A stretch of 64,000 bases of DNA, taken from positions 1,612,001 through 1,676,000 of the forward strand of contig OX337231.1 in the NCBI GenBank assembly GCA_946965045.2, given 5' to 3'. The translations under genes and the position numbers were made by a program. Below the pieces are notes generated by a model, which saw only the letters and a program-made list of their open reading frames with translations, was not told where the DNA came from and searched no databases. Within the stretch, counting starts at the first letter, position 1. The number at the start of each line of letters is the position of its first letter. Below, in pieces: positions 57,387 to 64,000 of this stretch. This stretch comes from Epithemia pelagica. Lineage: Eukaryota > Protista > Bacillariophyta.

Positions 57387-58812
57387 TCAACATCCTGTTC
57401 GGTCAGTTTTTCTTGATTTTCATTAAGACCCAATGCATTCAAGCACATTTTGTATGTACTTGCAGCGTTGATATAAGAACATTCATGCCATGGGTATCTG
57501 CTATCCCTTGGTTTAATGTTGCAACACCATGATAGTCTTCCAACACTTGGATGATGCGAGGCATACCGACCTGCAAGGTTATCCTGAGACTTCCCGTCTC
57601 CTTTGACAACAATCATTGGCAATATCAAACGGACAACTTTGATAATCCCATGGAGGCGTAGTTTCATCCATAAACCTTCCTGTTTTTGGATACTGACAAG
57701 ACCTTCGGGATCTTAGTCAATTGAGCATGATAATTTCGGCAAGGAGTCCCTTTATCGAGGATATGTTTTGCCGCCGATGATTTTCTTTCCATGTCTGTAA
57801 TAGTCCCAAGGATGATCTGTCGCCTTGCTTTCCTCATTTGTGTTTCCATTAGAAAAGATGGCACCATTACAACAGGCTCCGATGTATATCTTCCATCCCC
57901 TGTTGCATGTGTTTTGTCCATATAACAGACAAGACCAACCACGAAAGCATCTGGATCATCTCTATATTTCTCCACTGTTTTCCGAAATACTTCTCTGTCT
58001 TGTATATTTTGGATGTGCTTGTTTGGAACATATGGACGATACGGATCGTCATCATCGAGGATCGTATTTTCTTTCTTGGTTGCGTCGGGATCTTGTAATA
58101 CACGCTGTAGTTGACTGATCAAATCAAATACTGGTGTTGTTATCGATTTCTCACTCTCTGGTACAACCACACCCTGTTTTTGGGTGAATTCCATTGGTAC
58201 CGGGAAAAATTTGGCCTTGGGGTAATTGAAACCTTTGGTAGAAAACTTTTCGATGAACGTTTTCCTCTTTGAATGGTTGTCCAGGAAGAACCCAGGACCG
58301 CATCTTGAGTATGTGTCACTCGACCATGCCAGGATCGAATTGTACAAATATTTGGGGCAACCAGCTTTCCGAAGTAACATCATAAGTGAGACCAAGGCTG
58401 CATCGTGTTTATGAAGTTTCAATTGCTTCCCATCTCTATCGAGGAAAGCAGGAAAATCAACCGGGCACTCCTTGCTGTTGCGCAGAATAATATTATCTGT
58501 ATCACCAGGTACATAGTATGCTTTTGGTGGGTCAGCATGCGGAATAGTGGTTTCATCGTCCATGATATCAATATTCATCGGATCAGCATTCATATTACTG
58601 GCACAATCATCGTCGTCATCGCCAACATTTGGCCATTTCCCTCGGGTGTTCATTTTCAATTCACAAACTGTTTCGTGACGGCTGATTCCTCTTGCATCAA
58701 AACGTGATTGACAGAAACGACACACTTGAAAGGATATGAAGGACTCCTCTTGTTGGCTTGTATTTGAGCATCTCTTTCGCGACTTCTTTTTTACTTTACG
58801 ACGCTGGCCCAT
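57206..58812 (-). pseudogene. Plavaka-family transposase, frameshifted (about 57707) and 3'-truncated
   Basis: N-terminal CxxC-H-C finger; LLRKAGCPKYLY..I..W; FDL...L..LQDP; YMDKTH..G...EP; NYHAQL..I; then in the next frame KGDGKSQD.LAGRY. A 1-nt deletion explains the shift. Confidence 0.8.
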
Positions 58813-59386
58813 GATGGTACGATGCTGGTGGTTTTAGATTTTGGTTTGGAATGAAAAATGCTCTATAATCGATTTCTGCAAATTGAGACATCGGTGGTCA
58901 ATCTTGTGGCATGTATCAGAATTTCTCCGCATTGGGTGGATCGGCCGACGTTGGTGCATAAAAGCAACTGAAAATCATTTATGTACATGAACGGATCATA
59001 ATATTTTCAAACGGTCGTGTGTATTTACTTAATCCAATCCAGCCTGCCGGGTTAGATACCAACGGTGATAGCAGCGATTGGAATTCAAACACCGTGTCAA
59101 TGCCGAGGATACCGATGCTGTCGACATTCGAAAGGAAATGACAATCATTCAAACCCATGCACCAATGTTCCATCTGACAAGTATGATGTACTTGAAACCA
59201 CCTATGCTCATCTTCATGCGTTCTCCAAAGGACCATCGTTCAAACATGGAGTTTATGATTCAAACATGGAGCATTCCAGCGTTAGAATTTGAATGGTTGT
59301 CTGGTTGATCAAATCAGAGGACTTGTTGTCGCCCTGCTCTTGTTCACATCCTTGTCATAAATCAGACGGAGCATCCAAGATAAACA

Positions 59387-61379
59387 ATGGCAGGAGTCAC
59401 CACCAGAAATGCAGCTCCAACGAGGCGTCGACCCTTAGCAGTCCGAAATGCAAACTATGGAAGTAATCAGAAAGAGGTTGAACGACAACGAAGAAGCATC
59501 TTGGCAGCAGTGGCAACAAGAAATAAAGAGAATCTTCCTAACAAGGACGTGACAATTACAAACAAAGATGCTCTTATTGCAGCAGCCAATGGAGGTTTAG
59601 TACTCCAAGAAGATAGTTCTGATGACGAGGAAGAAGAGGAACAGATCTCGATGAACAACGATCAAGCGCAAGCACAAGAAGGCACAACTGTGGAAGGGAG
59701 TGGTAATCTTTTGGAGCAGGCAACAAATTCAGAAAAAGATGGAGCCAATGTGACTTCAGCAGATGATAGCAATAATGAACAGGGTGGGCTGAGAACACAA
59801 CCATCATCTGGTGTTGCGCAACCAACAAACACGGCAGTTAATAATATGGAGGAGGAGGACGTCGGTGTAAATATTCTCACTGGACCTGAAATGCAACAAG
59901 CATTGCAGAATATGAGCAATGGACCCCGTGAGTATGATGGAGATGATTTTGATCCTAATGAGAGACATTTTCCTGCTGGAGGACTTGTCAGTAAGTTGTT
60001 AGATGCACGAAATGGAGGAGGACAATTTGTCGGTGAGACGGCTCTAATGACGGGGGTGTTTGTGGGTTGAATGCATCAGGTGATACCTTTGCTAACGACG
60101 TTTCTTCCCTTTCGGATATGTCGTCATCTTCGTCATCTACTTTGCTAACAACAGGGCCTGATCAGGCGATGGAAACTCTTCTACAAGACGATATTCAAAA
60201 TCAGTTGGCACAGGAAACACAGACAACAACAGTACACCATAATCAATCATCTTGCCCGACAAGTACGATTGTAACATCCACTACACACAAAGGTTCTGTC
60301 GAAAAGGACAAGAATAAGAAGCTAAAGCCGAAGAAAAAGCCTGAGGTGGTATCGGAGAAGTTCTTTGATACATTTGTTCGGAAGGTGGCATGGCGTTATG
60401 TCAAGTATTTCTCCATGTCCGAAGATACTAAGGCAGATCCGAATGGTCTTTGGGGGAAGTATGGCAAAACATATTTTACTGAGCACTATTTCAAAGGCAA
60501 AGGCATTACGAATGCAAAACAACAAGAGGAGTGGTGGATTGAACATTCACCTTATATGCTTGACAAGTTCCGAAGCAAACGATCAAATGTTCTGGCTTCC
60601 ATGCGAAAAGCATTCATAAGTAAGTGTCAATCGAAGAGTGAATATGTTGGTTCATCACGTCGTCTTCTTATAAAGAGATGTGAGATAATTTGTTGTGGAA
60701 TCTAGAACATGTGGGTCTTGATCTATGGCGTGACAGTAATTTCCAGCGGAGGTATCCATGCCTTTTGAACGACTGTGAAGACTTTGGGCCAATGCCTACC
60801 CTGGAAGAATTTCTGTTATTGAGAGGAGAGAAGTGTGACAACTATGCCTATTCATATCTCTTGCAATTGTTTGGTCCATGTGTCTATGGTGAGAATATGC
60901 ATAAAACCGTGATTGATTTCAATTTTGGTGACCACACTGAGCAGCAGGGAAAGGAGCATTGCGAAAAGGCCTTGAAGTTATTCACTTAAAGTGACGAGGC
61001 GTTCATATTGACCATCCTTGTGGATTGCTGGGATGTGTGGACTCACATGGGCAAGACCACTTTCAAGGCGAAACTATTTGAAGTAAATCCAAGGTGGTAC
61101 AATGAAAATGGTGTTGATCAAATGATTGATACATCCTCAGCAAGGTATCCTCGCTTCAAATATTCAGGCAGTTGGAACTCAAGTCGATGTATGAATGAGG
61201 ATGGTATGGACTATTTTGAGGATATGGAAGAGAAAATCGCTCGTGAAGACAGAGCAGGCGACCGCGGTATCTGGTTCATGACATTTCTCAATGGGCAATA
61301 TTGCTCTCGAATGGGGTATGCAGATGATGATGCTGTGACAAGGCCTTCTAAAAGGCCGCGAAAACGGTCGTGGCAGTGA
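59387..61379 (+). pseudogene. Plavaka/CACTA accessory ORF2-like multi-exon gene with an in-frame stop at 60987-60989
   Basis: GTAAGT donors near 59989 and 60619. FT*SDEAFILTILVDCWDVW...KYSGSWNS...EDGMDYF..MEEKIAREDR resembles the T-SDEAF / G-W-S-x-x-G motif of ORFs accompanying such transposases. Transcribed divergently from the transposase. Confidence 0.5.
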
Positions 61380-61585
61380 TTGATCAGAGTGACAATTGGT
61401 TTCATTTCATATACTACTCCTATATAGCTACATGTATTGTGTTCCATTCATTCGCTGATTGTTAGTGGGAGTGTGTGCATGGTGCTAGTTAAATGCACTG
61501 TGTTCAACTTGCTTGCACTTGATGCTGGAGTAATGCGCATGATGGTGATGTGACACAATCAAGGATGAGTGCATACATAGGAGGG

Positions 61586-61704
61586 TATGTGATGACTGTT
61601 GGTTCTTGACTGTGCATGAAGGTGGACGATTGTGATGACTGTTGGTTCTTGACTGCGCATGAAGGTGGAGGGATGTGATGACTATTGGTTCTTGACTGTG
61701 CATG
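61586..61704. repeat. 43-bp tandem repeat x3 in the right subterminal region
   Basis: GATGACTGTTGGTTCTTGACTGTGCATG at 61591, 61634 and 61677. Confidence 0.88.
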
Positions 61705-61910
61705 GTGTTGAAGTTGGTGAAATGTGGGTCATGCGCTTGCTGGTTCTGGAAAGCACATTTTTAGTAATAACGTGAGGAAGGGGCATGCGCATGTTCTTGT
61801 AGGTGTGCGCGTGTCCTGCGCCCGGATGATTCTAGTAGGATGCGCTTAGGGGTGCTTTCTTATCGATACTTAAACCGCCATAAACTGGCGTACCGTTCCT
61901 TCCTTAGATG

Positions 61911-64000
61911 TATCGACAATCATGAGCTTACTGAGATTCCTATTGTCACATGTGCCGCTAAGTTTGAAACCAATGATGGACCCATTATTGGCATCTTCAA
62001 TGAATATGCATTCCACGGAAAAGGACAATCGATCCATGCTCCTGGACAATTCGAGCACTTTGGACATGCTGTTGATGAACGATCCGTTAAAGTTGATGGA
62101 AAACAATGCATCACAACACTTGATGGCCGTGCTATGTCTCTGCACATCAAAGAGGGACTAGTATACATTCACTCCTTAGGTATCCCCAGTGATGATGACA
62201 TGGAGACATTACCTCAGATCATCTTCACATCACCTGATACATGGGATCCTGGTGTTTTGGATCATTTGCATCCTGCCTCATCACCTGACAGTGCTTCTAA
62301 CTGGCAACAAGTCAACACTGATGGTAGTATGACACATTATGGGGAGTACACTGATCCTGATGTCTGTAACCTCACTCACCTTTTGGATTTACCTTACGAT
62401 CATGGACCTGGTACACCTTCCTTCTCCTCAGCCCTTATTGGAGACTCTTGTTCCAAACTGTACCGTCAAGATCACAACATGACTGAGAAGCGTTATCCTA
62501 CCGTTAAGAAGATGCCTTACGTCATCATGAACGTTTCTGGTCATCTTACTCTTCAGATCCTCAATGGCCGCCCACCCGATTTTTCCCAACCCCTTTTCTT
62601 CCTTCTCTGCGACCAGGTCTTCTCCTGTACCGAATCTTATGCACCCTATCTTTGTCCGGATGCCTCTTCAGGGGAGGAGTCACTTCCAAATAAACCCAAT
62701 GACAAGCAAGCTGACACCGTTTTCATTTGTAGCAAAGGTGAAGATCCATCCGCACAAATGCCTACGATCAAGAACTGCGACAAAATGTTTGGACAAGCGT
62801 TTCCTTACAAACCAGCAGAGGGAAATGGGGAGCAACAACAAGCATGTATAATCCAACATGTCAATTTAGAACAAGACGCTTTCAAGCAAGAAGCATGTAT
62901 CAAGAAGTACATTTTCTGCAAACACAATTCCTATATTGACAAGAAGGTGATCTCATGCAGTCAACTTATGGAATACAATGGACAGGACAACCAGGAACAG
63001 GCAACTGAAGATGTTGTTTTCCAATTCAGAGATGTTGTCATACATCAAGGACCTTTGAGCAGTAACAACAACCCTGACTACAAAGGGAGTCCCTGGAATG
63101 TACTTGTTGATTGGGAGACTGGGGAGATGATCTTTGAGCCTCCAACACCCACCATAACCATTGTCTATGGCAAGAAACATGACCTACTGAATGAACTTGG
63201 ATGGAAGCATTTCAAGCATTTTGTCAAGATCAGTGAATGCCTCATTCAAGCTGCTTAACAGCAGTCAAGAATCAAGCAACTTAGTTTTTTTGTCAAGTAC
63301 AAGTTTGGTTACCCACACGTTCTACAGACACACAAAGAAGCAATTGTTTTAGACAAGCAACATGGCAAAAACAAGTGGCAAGACACTACCGATTTTGGAC
63401 CCTCACAGATTCAATCACTCAAGACATTGAAGGATCATGATCAAGTTCAAGTCCGTCTTGGGAAAATGTTAGATGCACAAGAAGAGTATCACAACAAGAT
63501 TCAAGTCTATCTTGTGAAACATGATGATAGATGCAAGCCACTTCTTGTCACGTGTGAACATTTTACCAAAGAACCAGTTGAGGCAATCTGTCCATGTGCT
63601 ATTTCCTTTTGCAACTTCCATACTACCATCTACCTTGGGCCTCTCAATGATATGGATGTATGGAGAGCATACATTGGAAATGCATGCAACCTTAAAAGCT
63701 TTAGCTGGGGAGAAGACCTTGATAGTGGCAAGACAAGAACTCAAGGAATTATGTCACACCTTGGTTACCTACTACAAGACCTCAAATGGATTTGATTCTT
63801 CAGGAGCACGTCAACATGACTGTTTATTTGATGTCTTTCTTGGTATGGATTTGTCACCAAGTAAAGCAATTCCCAATGTTTGGATGAAGAAAGCACCCGG
63901 GGAGGAGAGCTCTGAAGGTATCTGCAACAACTTTACACTCAAGAATGATGGATTTATCATCAACTGCCTCCGACGTTTTTATACACCAATCCAGAAGATG
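61911..64000 (+). mobile_element. Ty1/copia (CoDi-like) retrotransposon, 3' part (decayed pol; integrase core largely deleted; runs off the window)
   Basis: IDNHELTEIPIVTCAA...EYAFHGKGQSIHAPGQ; HQGPL...YKGSPWNVLVDWETGE; KYKFG; KHDDRCKPLLV; DVWRAYIGNA are degenerate RT motifs with stops and frameshifts. Confidence 0.85.

Larger units (their letters stand above)
50811..61910. mobile_element. Plavaka/CACTA-like DNA transposon, 11,100 bp, 15-bp TIRs, TA duplication, cargo-bearing
   Basis: TA (50809-50810) + CATCTAAGGAGGGAA ... TTCCTTCCTTAGATG (61896-61910) + TA (61911-61912); one mismatch in the TIR. The empty site restores copia pol ISIMG-IDNHEL in frame. Confidence 0.9.

Noticed and set aside
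5862-61447. Numerous antisense or alternative-frame ORFs in the track (e.g. 10569..11279, 25847..26470, 39371..39964, 55861..57093)
   Set aside because: They shadow well-supported genes or low-complexity repeats and have no independent motifs.

Overview
Eukaryotic, gene-dense DNA, most likely a pennate diatom. This is inferred from short GT-AG introns with CTAAC-type branch sites, bipartite plastid presequences, and a CoDi-like Ty1/copia. The window has two sharply different halves. Bases 1-37,100 hold about 16 host genes: a tandem sulfotransferase-like protein, an inverted pair of unknown membrane proteins with a possible TIR-like domain, a DHHC palmitoyltransferase, a domesticated-looking hAT gene, CCT-alpha, two bacterial-type metallophosphoesterases, an ARM-repeat protein, a MAK/MOK-like kinase, a PDZ-RGS-DENN protein, a GPCR-like 7TM protein, a methyltransferase, an FKBP and cullin-4. 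One 592-bp TTAA piggyBac MITE also lies here. Bases 37,100-64,000 are a nested transposon cluster whose insertion boundaries resolve to the base. (i) A decayed Penelope-like RT is split by an 8,419-bp piggyBac-like element flanked by CTAG instead of TTAA. It has long imperfect TIRs, an intact 3-exon ~1,195-aa transposase, and cargo: a duplicated bidirectional ATG cassette, a stand-alone copy of the transposase cysteine-rich domain, a captured glycerol-kinase fragment and two unknown ORFs. (ii) A second TTAA MITE of 807 bp. (iii) A decayed copia split in its protease region by an 11,100-bp Plavaka/CACTA-like element (15-bp TIR, TA duplication) carrying gag-like, Ulp1-like and double-RING cargo. 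The best candidates for undescribed biology are the CTAG-targeting cargo piggyBac with its CRD-only protein, the cargo-laden Plavaka element, and the putative TIR-like/multipass membrane gene pair. All family assignments come from motif recognition by eye; no database searches were run.
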